Assembly: GCA_002633005.1 (NCBI GenBank)
Contig: NMRA01000871.1
Coordinates: 7,274-71,273, forward strand
Source: Phoronis australis
Taxonomy: Eukaryota > Animalia > Phoronida
DNA: 64,000 nt
Direction of reading: 5' to 3'
Part shown: positions 14,058 to 25,600 of the stretch, one piece after another
Layout of the letters: each line of letters opens with the position of its first letter
Numbering within the stretch: position 1 is the stretch's first letter
Notes under the pieces: generated by a model
What the model saw: the letters and a program-made list of their open reading frames with translations, nothing else
Told to the model about the DNA's origin: nothing
Databases searched by the model: none
Program-made: the position numbers and the translations under genes

Positions 14058-15347
14058 AGGTGAAAGCAACCTTTTTTCATGTCACTTTTAGCACAAATAA
14101 GGTTCGTTGATTATCCCAGACACATTTTTCACTTAATTGCAACTTTTCGTAATTTGATTAATTTCTCGTCATCTACTCCGGAAGTGACGTTTGGGGAGGC
14201 AAGAGTTTCGCGCCAATTTCTTTTCATTATAGTCTGACTGTGAGAGCTGTCGAGTGAGTCATTGTTCTACCTCGGTTGTGATCAGCTAGGTCGTCGTTTG
14301 CTTTTGTTTACAAGTCAGTCAACATGCTACGTCTCACACGCGCTTTGGGTACCTTGCGTCGCTTTCCGAAGGATGACACACTTCGCGTACTTGGCTAGCT
14401 CGTTCATGTGAAGAACGCAGCGTTACCCGTCCACGCAACGTGCAAAGCAGTGGAGGGTTACCGAGTGTGTGGCAAGCATTTTCTGCCGTCAGATTATGAC
14501 AGATATGCACGCTGAATTCATGAAGGTCCCTGCAAAACAACGCCTTAAGAAGGGTACCTTACCGTCGCTGTCGATTCCCGGCAGTGCTCCGTCGCCAACC
14601 CCGAGAATTGCGTTTTTGAAGCGAGAAGCCTCGGGAGCTGTGGCCACTATAAACACTGACTGGAGGCACTTCATCTGCTGTCACCCGTGCCTCCGAACGT
14701 ACCCCATTGCGTGCAATTTCGGAAACTAGCAGTGATTCGCCCTGTCTCTGAGCCCAGAGCGTGTAAGCAGTCCTGCAGCGATGTTGAGTAGTGGGAGTGA
14801 ATACAGGCCCAGTTCGACACCCAGTGAAGAGGACAGTTCGTCATCCAATGAACAGATCGGTGAGCCTAAGTTTGATAAGTTTATTGTGGACTTGTATTGG
14901 AGCTATTTGGAAGCTGCCAGGTGTGTGGCGAGGGAGTCACACGGAGGGATGCAAGCAATTTGGGTGCTCAGATCACTCTTCAGTGGGAGTGTGTCGCGGG
15001 ACACTCGGGCAAGTGGGACAGTTCTTACTCTGTACGTGAGACAATAATGAGTACACACCAGTGCGCAGCAACAGCGTGACATGTTGACTGACTCCTAAGC
15101 AAAAGCAAACGACGACCGAACTTATCACAACCGAGGTAGAACAATGACTGACTCGACTGCTCTCACAGTCAGACTATATGAAAAGAAATTGGCGCGAAAT
15201 TCTTGCCTTCCAAAACGTCACTTCCGGAGTAGACAACGAGTAATCAATTAAATTACGAAAAGCAGTAAATAAGTGAAAAATATGTCTGGGATAATCAACG
15301 AACCTTATTTTTGCTAAAAATGACATGAAAAAAGGTTGCATTCGCCT
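14058..15347 (+). mobile_element. Non-autonomous Kolobok-like DNA transposon with THAP relic
   Basis: TTAA TSD (14054-57, 15348-51), AGG...CCT ends, ~270-bp TIRs; internal RRFPKDD...RVCGKHF...RLKKGTLPS (THAP) and ELFGSCQVC...WECVAGHSGKWDS. Confidence 0.85.
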
Positions 15348-15824
15348 TTAAACGCGCAAAACTGATACTGTATTTCTTAAACCTTTAATTCAATGCTCAA
15401 GCTATACAACGAATGCGTGTTGAAACACAACATTGACCTTGGACCAACGATGGACTCCTTGCATCAGGACCTTAGTAAGCGGGGAGAGGGCGAGTGCCAC
15501 CCCAAAAAAATTGCATGCCTCAGGGTCAAACCATGGCAACTGACAAAGGTGTGGGGCTGGGGAAAGACAAAAAAGAAAGACTTCGAATACTGATCAGAGC
15601 GAAAATTCAAGAGAACATTGACAACTCGTTTTCAGTGTATGGCTTACCATTTGAGGGCCCTGGCCAGGACAATTGTTGGGTCTCCGTTTTTGCAGCATAG
15701 GTCGTCTAAGTGCCCTTGAAAATGTGCACTTAATCATTCATACATGTATTTCGAAAATTCGAGAAAATTTGTAAAGCAAAAGTTTTTCGGAGCGTATTAA
15801 TTCAGTCCAAGTTTTCCAGTGGTC

Positions 15825-15893
15825 CATAGGCGGTGCACTACAGGGGGGCTGAGGGGGCTTTAGCCCTCACTTTTTTCAGTACTGCGCCTTCTG
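15825..15893 (-). mobile_element. ~70-bp mini-MITE (CATGGGCGG family)
   Basis: Reverse-complement relative of 61400-61470. Confidence 0.55.
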
Positions 15894-16692
15894 TAAACCT
15901 CCGGCATGACACTACCAACTACTCATGAGGGGAAGTTGAGATTCCAAATTCATCAAAAACACAAAACATTCGTGCACAGCACAGAAGCTGTCTTGTAAGA
16001 AATGGCGATGCGTCACTGAACTTAGTTGAAGCCTGAAGGCAAAAATTCGATCCATCATCTGACCACCATATCGCAAAGAAGGACCCTAAACGATAACAGG
16101 GGTATTTCTTGAATGTGGGGCAGCTCTAAATGCTTTATTGAATTAAAAACTAGACTAATGAAATTCAAAAATTTACAAACCGTAGATCAAAAAAGAAGTT
16201 CAAGTCATTGCTCATAAATTTGGAAAGATTGTCTTTGCACTTCCTTGATGCTTGTAGTTCCCAGTATTGTGCAATGAATTTAGGTTCTTCTAGACCGAAT
16301 CGTTTGCTTGCCATTCCCGTGCACACTGCAAAGGCTGGACACGTTGTGACTCAGTGGCGCACCCACGTTAAAAATAAGGTGTAGTCATGCAGTAGAATCC
16401 GCGCACAGTGATTGACGGGAAAAGAACTTGAACTGCACTGAGGGGTTGAAGTGTGTGCATTTTTTGGGACACGCGTTCATTTTCCCAGCCGCCCTGCAGA
16501 AGCTGGACCAGTGGCCGTGTTTCAACAAGGAATTTTGATACAGCTCTATAGGCCAAGGATTTCGGGATCATATCTTTCCAAAAAATCTTCAGGAAATGAC
16601 CGTATTAAAATGAACTTTTCCCGAAACTGGGTCAAAAAACGACCTTGGAGCCAGAACACGGGTATAGGTTCGAGTTAAGCCGCACGTCTCAA

Positions 16693-17060
16693 ATGAATCA
16701 TAGCGGAGCTGACCAGCGACTAGCACTGATTAGCTCGTCGAATTGCGCATGAATCATAGCAGAGCTGACCAGCGACTAGCATTAGTTCGTCGAATTGCGC
16801 ATGAATCATAGCAGAGCTGACCAGCGACTAGCATTAGTTCGTCGAATTGCGCATGAATCATAGCAGAGCTGACCAGCGACTAGCATTAGTTCGTCGAATT
16901 GCGCATGAATCATAGCAGAGCTGACCAGCGACTAGCATTAGTTCGTCGAATTGCGCATGAATCATAGCAGAGCTGACCAGCGACTAGCATTAGTTCGTCG
17001 AATTGCGCATGAATCATAGCAGAGCTGACCAGCGACTAGCATTAGTTCGTCGAATTGCGC
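16693..17060 (+). repeat. Minisatellite, 7 copies of a 52-bp unit
   Basis: atgaatcatagcagagctgaccagcgactagcattagttcgtcgaattgcgc; copies 2-7 identical, copy 1 is 56 bp. Confidence 0.97.
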
Positions 17061-17639
17061 ATGCATGGATCAGACTTCCCGGCGACGCCACGACACCGGC
17101 CACCGTGGCGGGAGCAGCTAATTTCTTGACTAACACCTGCTTCTAAATCTGGATTTAAGCAAAATGACGAAGTCCACGCATACACACATGCAAACGTATC
17201 CAAATACAATTAAATGTATTTTCATGTGAAACCATTCAATGTCCTTTGAACATTGACTTGCATGATGAGTTCTTCATTTTCTTAGATCTGCCCAGTCAGA
17301 TAGAACTGCGTTTCAAGTCATTCACTATAAGGCACTCGAGGGTTCAAATTGGAAGCTCGCGCCGTATGACGTCGTATGACGTAGACGATGCGAGCCTCAT
17401 TTGCATATATTAGTGACATCTGTTGGTTCAAAAAAGAGGATCGTGCCCGAGTACATGCCTGGGAAGAGGCATCTTTTGGAAGGGTAAAACAAGTCATGTT
17501 CAAAGCATCCCAGTGCCATTAATATGAAGTCTTTGGGGACAAAAGTGGTGTCAGTTTATAGCTAAAGAGTTAAGCTTTCAAACACAATGCTTGGATTCCA
17601 GACTACTTTAACATTTACTTTTGAAATCACCTTTGAAAA

Positions 17640-18125
17640 TACGTTAAAATGCGCTAAAACAGTTGTCCCTTCCTGGTTATCTCTTCCTGATAAAAGCAAT
17701 GTTGTGTATATGGCTGAATGTGACAACTGTAAGGAATTCTATATCGTACTCACCCAGAGACACCTCTGGCTAAAAAAAACATAACACATCCGACAAAAGT
17801 AACATTTATAGGCATTGTATTAGCAACAACCACCAAGCTAATTCAGTCAGTATTATTTGTAAAGAACGTACTAAGGAATTACTGTATATCAAGGAGTCAT
17901 TGGCCATTCAGGATCAGCATGCTACTGAATCTCTCAATAACATGTAGAGCTCAGTGACCCTGTAACTATGGTGATGACCCACTTATTTTCTCTGCATCTC
18001 TCACTTTCGTTTCACCACATGGCTGTGACTTGAATGGTTATCGAAACTTCTTGTCCATCTGTACATATCCTGATGATGCCTTGTTGAATAGACGAAACGT
18101 TGAGTTAACATGAACTTTATTTGTG
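17640..18125 (+). mobile_element. Penelope-like retroelement 3' end (GIY-YIG and pseudo-LTR)
   Basis: LPDKSNVVYMAECDNCKEFYIVLTQRHL; CTGATGA...GAAACG core at 18070-18100. Confidence 0.85.
18066..18104 (+). ncRNA. Degenerate minimal hammerhead ribozyme motif of a Penelope pseudo-LTR
   Basis: cCTGATGA-tgccttgttgaatagac-GAAAcgttg; the copy at ~8820 has tctt/aaga pairing in stem II. Confidence 0.5.
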
Positions 18126-19467
18126 CGAAAATTATCCGTTTTCTATTTTTTTTTGACATCTAAAAGCTAATAATCTTGTAAGAACTGCTGATGTTTTAGT
18201 GAATTTAGTTCCAGCCTGAAATTGTAAATACTTTTTAATCCAATCCCAAAATACATGTACATGTAGTACAGTGCACTGGCTATCTAAAATAACTGAAACA
18301 GACTTTGATAGAATTCGAACAGTTCCCAAAGATATACCTGTACTAACAATTCAAATTGCAATAAATGCGTTTATTTTTTTACTTAGGTACAACATTTCTC
18401 GTTTAAACTCACAAGCAGGAGTTCAAAATTGGTTTAAGTCATTAAATCAAGTCATTGCTCATGGAATCGTTTGTTGATTTCTGGTTTATATGTTTATCCA
18501 TCTACGACAATAGACTGATAGATGAATGTTGTACCGTTAAAAAGCTAATCCTGTTAGAAACTATGATATTTCAGTGAACTTAGTTGTAGGCTGACATTCG
18601 GAAATTTCGATGAATCATCACATCCCCAAATAGCAAAGTACGCTGAACGATTTTGTGTATCTGAAATAAGTTTAAAGAATGTTGACGAATGTCGGACAGC
18701 TCAACAGTCTCCCAAAAATCCTCACAGTTCAATTGAGAATAAATTGTTTATTGAACTAGAACCTAGATTAATGGTTTTAAATCACAAACAGTAGATCACA
18801 AATAAGTTTAAATAAATCATGACGGATATATGTAGGCTTGTGCTAAGTTGCCTGTCTCAAGTAAATCAGAACTGGGCTGACCAGCGACTAGAATTGTTTG
18901 TTAAATTTCGTATTTTCACACTGTCAGATCTCAAGTACTGTTGCCTGAGGCAGCTCCCAGCTACCGTCAGTGCGCTCCATTGCCCTAGGTTCATTCTTAG
19001 TCTCCGTGAAAGTTTGTTGGTTTACGGTTACTCAAATACTGATGGCTGCATCCCCGGGAATGCCCTGGCGGACGTGGGGGGTTCGATACCAACACGGTGG
19101 TATACAGAGAACGGGAGGAGAGGTTGGCAAATCCGAATTGGTTTGTGCCCCCCNCCAGTAACTTTTGCCTTATCCTAGGTCTGACCCATACGCGTTATGT
19201 CACAGGTGTACTCGCCATGTCGTATCTAAATCTACGAAGTTAATGTAAAAATCAAACATAGCGAAGAAAACTGAAATACTCATATAAAATCAATCTCTTT
19301 AACATTTTAGATTGGCGGAGCGAAATCAAGCTTGTGTATCACAATGCGTAAAGCTTCGTTAGATATCACGGACTACATAAATGTTATTGCTTTTGTTGTA
19401 GAGGTCACTGGATTAGAAAGTGTTCACCAAAGTGCGTTATTGTCAATCTCCGTCTTCAATATTTCAG

Positions 19468-19608
19468 AATGTCAAGATGGGTATTACGGTGCAGATTGTC
19501 AGCAAAAATGCGGCCATTGTAACACCAGCGTCAACTGTAACCCGTACACTGGTCTCTGTCGGGATGCGTGTGCTCCCGGGTACATGACTTTCCCTTACTG
19601 CCAGACAG
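19468..19608 (+). CDS. RPTP exon: EGF/laminin-EGF-like module
   Basis: [47 protein letters not shown]; tttcag acceptor, gtttgt donor, phase 1-1. Confidence 0.85.
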
Positions 19609-22600
19609 GTTTGTAAAGAGTAACCAAACTGAATCGTGTATGTCTGTGGATGACCTAAATTAGATAACTTTCCGAATGCATGATTTGATTTTTCCGAAAT
19701 CTTCACCCATTGTGGTTTTCGCAATGGTTTCCAAAACCATTACGAATAGCTTTTGCATTCAGAATATATTTCAAACAAAATAGGGACTTACATTTGAGGC
19801 AGTTTATTCGAATGTAGGTTTCGTTTTTGTTACATATTACCAAATTAATGGCGGGTTGGTTTTAAGTCAAAAATCAAAATCAACTGGCGGTTGCACTTCA
19901 TTCAGGTAAAATCTATGGTTTAGAACAATCATTGACATAAATACACTGAATTGTCTATAAGGGACACGTAGCCTGAAACTACAAGCTTATGATTGTACTT
20001 TAAATTAATCACCAAATGTTGAGTACTACAAGATTCATCGGGTGGCTGACAAGTTTGAAATTTGAGTTCGAGGTAATACACATCAACCAAATAGGCTTTG
20101 AAACTTACATTAGTATGTAGAGCTAACCAATGGACAGGTTACATGCAACATCTGTGAGTCAACCGACACTCACACGCATGTTGATATTGAAAAGCAATGC
20201 TACGTGAACATGTCATGTCTCTCGATCAGCTGGCCACATTTAAAACACGTTCGGTGTGTACACTAAACTGTAAACTAGAAAGATTATTGTCACGGCGTGA
20301 CAATAATGGACTCTGCGCGTGCGTATTAAAGGAATTGTTATGGGAAGTTACTGACAGCATCCCGGCACAGAGTAATCGCAACAATCGTTCTGTAAGACAT
20401 CACTAACATACATGTACAACTGTACATGTAACAATTGTGCTCATTGAGCTCAAGTATCCTACTAACATACGTGTATATTAAAATGGCTAAAATCAAGCCT
20501 TCCATGCCAAAACCAAGTTTGATTTAGCTCGCTCGCCCTTACGAAACTGGTCTTTGATTGCTCCTTTGTCCTAGTGGGTGTCATCTCGGGGCTTGGACTA
20601 ACAGTTGGCCATAGGTTGAGACCTCGGACCGGATCCAATCTGCCTACTCGAAACCATACAACTAAAAGATTTCTGGCATTTTTCGTAATACCCTTGATGC
20701 AAACTTGAAGATGCCTGTGTATTATCATGTTGTTGAAAGCATTATGGTTATGCAAATGAGTTTTAAGTTCTAGATGGCATTTATTTTATGACCGTATATT
20801 TGAGTTCAACTCGAAACTTCGAGTTCAGACTAGAGCTCTATCTATAATGGTGGGGTCAATAAGTGCAAACTATGATGTAAGCCTGTAGACACTTCAGTGC
20901 TGACGCACTTATCTTGATTCTGCCCCCCCCCCCCAAAAAAAACAAAATGAAAAATAATTTCAAATTAAATTTCAAGTTAAAAGGTTATATCCTGTATCCC
21001 GGCTCCACCAGTGGACTTTTCAAGGCGTTTAATTTTTTTTGCCAAGCAACTATTCTATGTATGACGATCTAAGAGTTCTTTGCCTAAACAAAATTCAATA
21101 CTCATTTGAGTTAGTAGCAAGTCGATATGAACTTTATAGCCATGAGTAATCTCGATAATTTTAGTTTTTCGACGGATAGCAGGTTTATTGACATCTTACC
21201 GTAAAGGACTCGTCTATCATTCAGGCTTGGGGTGTTTAGAAGATTGGAATTATTTTTTCCACGATGCTAAAACAACCGAAAGCCTTAAAATGGCATGTCA
21301 AGGGCGTTTTTGGTCGTGCCTATAGAAGCGGCAGCTGAGTAACCACCTAAACAAATTTTTAGATTGTGTCAAATAAACATAGAAAAATCAGGAACCCCAA
21401 CTGGGAATCGAACCACAGATCACCACTGAGCTACTGAAGACCCGATACCTGCGCAATTCTGTTTACAGCCAACGGTTAAGTCATGTATCCCATGAGCGGC
21501 GTTTCGCCTTTTTCACATGGGATTTTGACAATTATACATAGATTGTGAGGCAATTGCTCTAGAAGACTCAAAAACCTTTCATGAGTAAAGTAAGCCACTA
21601 CACAACAACACATTCCGACTATCCTCGTGCCTGTTGAATTTGCCGTCATACTAAACTGAGTATAAAGGCAACCCCATTTACTATACTCTACACTTCTCCT
21701 ATTTCATTGAATTGTGTCAGTTTTGTGCGTACATGTTCTATTTACTAAGTGAAAAATATGCAAATGTATTGCTTGTGTTACACCTTGGGCAGCTCATATC
21801 TTACTGGAGATCTTAGATCAACAAATGTGGGCCCGGTATCTGATCTTTTTACACGAATTGGAACTCGATTTTTTTGGCATCCTCTACTCTACTTTTGAGA
21901 AGACTCAAGATAACTGTATGTTGGTTTATGCTCAAATGCACCATGACTTACGTAGATAATTTTAGTCCTGGTTTGCAATTAATAAACCCAACAATGAGGA
22001 TGAAAGTTTGAGGGCTCTAGATTACGGGAGTAACGACTGAGAACATGTGATAATCCACTGATACCACATAATGAACGAGAAACACTGCAATGAAACGATC
22101 TACCATTCTCGACTAGCCTCGCATTACGTAGAATTGTCGTAAGGACTTCACAGGGACCTGATTTATTTACATTATTTTGAAAACGCTTTAACTGGTCATG
22201 CTTTGTGTGTCATTAAAGAGATAAGCATACCTGCAGCTGACGCAGCAATTAGAACTCCTCTCGTTTATCACATTGGTGTAGACTCACAGTTGAACTGTGG
22301 TTTTCTGTTGACACCAGACCTTCCGGAATTGCACCATGGTACCAACTCCGGACGGTCTCTCACGACGATTTATCGTAATGCGCTTTGCAACCACTTTTTA
22401 TGTAAGAGGCCCGTGGTCGGATATCGCGACGTTCTAAGAAAAGCCGAGTTGTTTTTGTTTTTACTCAAAATCAATTAAATATTTAAACAAAACAGCTATA
22501 AAGTGTATAAAATAAGCTCTAAATTACTAGTCTAGCTGACTATGCGTCTTATCCTAAGCTTCCGCCGTGAAAACATCGTCTGCTAAAGTAGGTTACCAAA

Positions 22601-25600
22601 GGCTACTGAGTATAATGCCCAAGTCAAAGGACCCCGACGACACGATCAAATTGGAGATCGGTGATATACAAGTGAAGGGAAGTGAGAGATTAATGTTAAC
22701 TAACTTATATTATACCACAATATTAGCGTCAAATGGCAGATACAACCGTGTAATAACCCATAAAGTTATCTCACTAGTGAGATAACGATCTGGCGGGAAA
22801 CCGAGGACGGGGTCGTACCCGGGACCCTATTGCTGGTCGCCGACTTTACCACTACACCACGCAGCGACTGACGTCATCAAGAGTGAAAATAGAATACTTA
22901 AATGAGCACGCGCAATAATCGCACGTTCAACAAACCGCATTGTACTGTACTTATACGTTACGAAAAATAAGACAAATTTCCATAAAAATGATATCTTAAT
23001 TCCGTGAAATTTTTCTCTCATTTCTTCTTGAGAATTATATTCAGTTACCAGTGGTAACCTACTTTAGCAGACGATAATTTCCCGGTCGAAGCTTAGCGTG
23101 AAAAAAAAACGTGTTTTAAGCTATAATAGTTGGTAAACCTTAATTTTTAAATTCAATTTATTTCTAAAATGTTTAAGTTTTCAATTGATTTTGAGTAAAA
23201 GCAATATTTGACAAAAATAACCGGGCTTTTCTTAAAAGGTCACGACCTCCGACCCCGGGCCTCTGACATGGAAAGTAGTTACAAAGCGGTGGAGAGTCAG
23301 AAAAGGTAAATCGATTCATTGCAATGTTTCACGTTTAGTATAAGTTATAAATATATTATTACATGTTCTCAGCCGTTATCCCCCTTATCTACGCCCCTCG
23401 GGCGATGATTCTCCAAAATCCACTCGGGCTCTAGATAACGGGGGATAACGACTTCGCCATGTAATAATCTATATAATATATCATTTTTACGAAGATTATG
23501 CGTCTCGTTTCCATAGCGCATACATGTCGGTACAATGTCCTTTGTTGAACATGCGATTGTTGCGCGGGCTCACTTTCTAATTTCACTTTCGATGACGTCA
23601 GCTGCTGAGTGGTGGAGTGGAAAAGTCGACGACTTGAAGCTCTTGTGGAGCGGGTTCTAAACCGGCCTCGGTTTACCGTCAAAATGTTATTTAACGCCGT
23701 TGAATAACAAAATGGGTTATACAGTGTAGTTGCCATCTCAGGCAGATAATGTGGTATAATAACAATTTATCTTGAGTGGGCACAGAAGCACCATAGAAAT
23801 TGTCAAAAATAATTTAGAAATCCTATGGAGTACAAATATTAGATTCTGGATTCTCGTACCAAATACGACGTCGCTGATCGCAAATTTTCAACTGGTTAGG
23901 TGGCCACTAAAAACGTCCTTTCACTTGCCTTGTGCAGATAGATGTAGAAGCAGGCTCAATTCTTGTTTTAAAGTATTAAACCAATTTAACGGCGCTAATT
24001 GCCGCTTGTGATTTAAAAAGAAATTCTTAAACCTGTTTGGGCTAAAATCACGGCATATTGGTGACAGCGCACGTGCTCTTCCGTCACGCAACCTGGGCCC
24101 GGTCTCTAATCTTTGTACTCGAAACGAACTCGAAACTATTTTTGGCAATTTCTCTGCTCATTTTGTGCGAACTTAAGATAATTGGTTATCAGACTGTGCT
24201 CGAATACATTATAGCTTATGCATAGGAGTTTCTAGTTCAAGTTTGCCCTTGAAGACCCTTATATTCGTGCTACAAAATCGAGTAAAAACTCGAAATTTCG
24301 AGTTCAAACTCGAACTCATTGCTTTAATATTGGGTTTACAAACAGTGAACTAAGGGAAATAAATTATCTACGTAAGTTATTGTGTACTCGAGCATAGAAT
24401 AATAGACACTTATCTTGAGTTAGCAAAAAGTAGAGTAGAAAATGACAAACCTAATTTCCAGTTCCATTTCGAGTAAAAAGATTGGAGACCGGACCCAGGT
24501 TAAGAGACATCCTTGGTGATGGTCCGCAGCGTTTGCGCATCCCTGCTTCTTTCCGTAATGATTATTACATGCTTTATATTATGTGTAACCACTTCCTAGC
24601 AAAAGGTATTCTGTTTAAAACAGTCTTATGTTGTCCAAAATACCAAATTATTTTTCGTGTTTGCATTAAACACAAATTTGCCTTGTAAGTCGTGCAAGTT
24701 TTAATGTTTAACAAAGAGAATTATGAGTTTCAGGGTGATTCCCCAAGGCTTCGATTAAAATTTAGATCCTACCAGAAATTTATGATTCTACATCGTCACT
24801 CAGCTTATGTTTTCTTCGAAAAAATGAAATAATTTGATTCACTGCACGAAGGAGCAGGCGACACAAACGGAGTGGTAGTGCGCAGCGCCACTGCCGGTGG
24901 CATGGAATATTGTGAGCATATCGACGGGGTAGGCATTTCTTAGCCATAGTTACCGTTACGATTGTGCCAGTTGTCGGAATTGGACATTTGAAATCGGGTA
25001 TGACACCCCCCCCCCTCTCCCCCACGCACACACAAACTAAATCTCCACGCATTGTCACCACAAATTTGTTTCGGCTGAGTAATGTTAATTACCGCGTTTA
25101 ATTAATAAACTCAAAATTGCTTCACGGTTTTGCTATTTTATTTTATTTACTTGGGTCTCTCCCCCCAAATCCGCTCATGTGGTGAGTGCGCCGACGCATG
25201 TGAGCCCGAATACATGACAATCCTATTCTGTAAAAATTTTGAGTGGGCAGTCGTATTATATTGATTTTTGAGTTTTTAGTCACATACTACATCTGTACAA
25301 TAAAAACAATGTGTAGAATAAAAAGAAACTGACGAGCACAATTAGTAATGTAACTAAAATTAAACTGTTTAAGTCAGGCAAATCGTGTTGCCGTGAAGCA
25401 ATTTTTCTTTGTGGTCCTCAAAAAGAATATAGATAATTAAATATACAAAATACAATCTTGTTGCATGAACATAATTCCTTTGTTTCAATTTTGACAATCC
25501 AACCTACTGCAGATCTTACGTCAGTTCAACTGGGTCACAATGTAAACATTTAATCAGAAATTCTTGACATCACTCAACATTTCCTATTTGCACTAACATG

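Noticed and set aside
16693-17060. CRISPR-like array
   Set aside because: Head-to-tail identical units with no unique spacers, no cas genes, eukaryotic context
19050-19100. tRNA gene suggested by a ggttcgatacc B box
   Set aside because: No convincing A box or cloverleaf; none of the tRNA-like segments in the window appeared to fold as an intact tRNA
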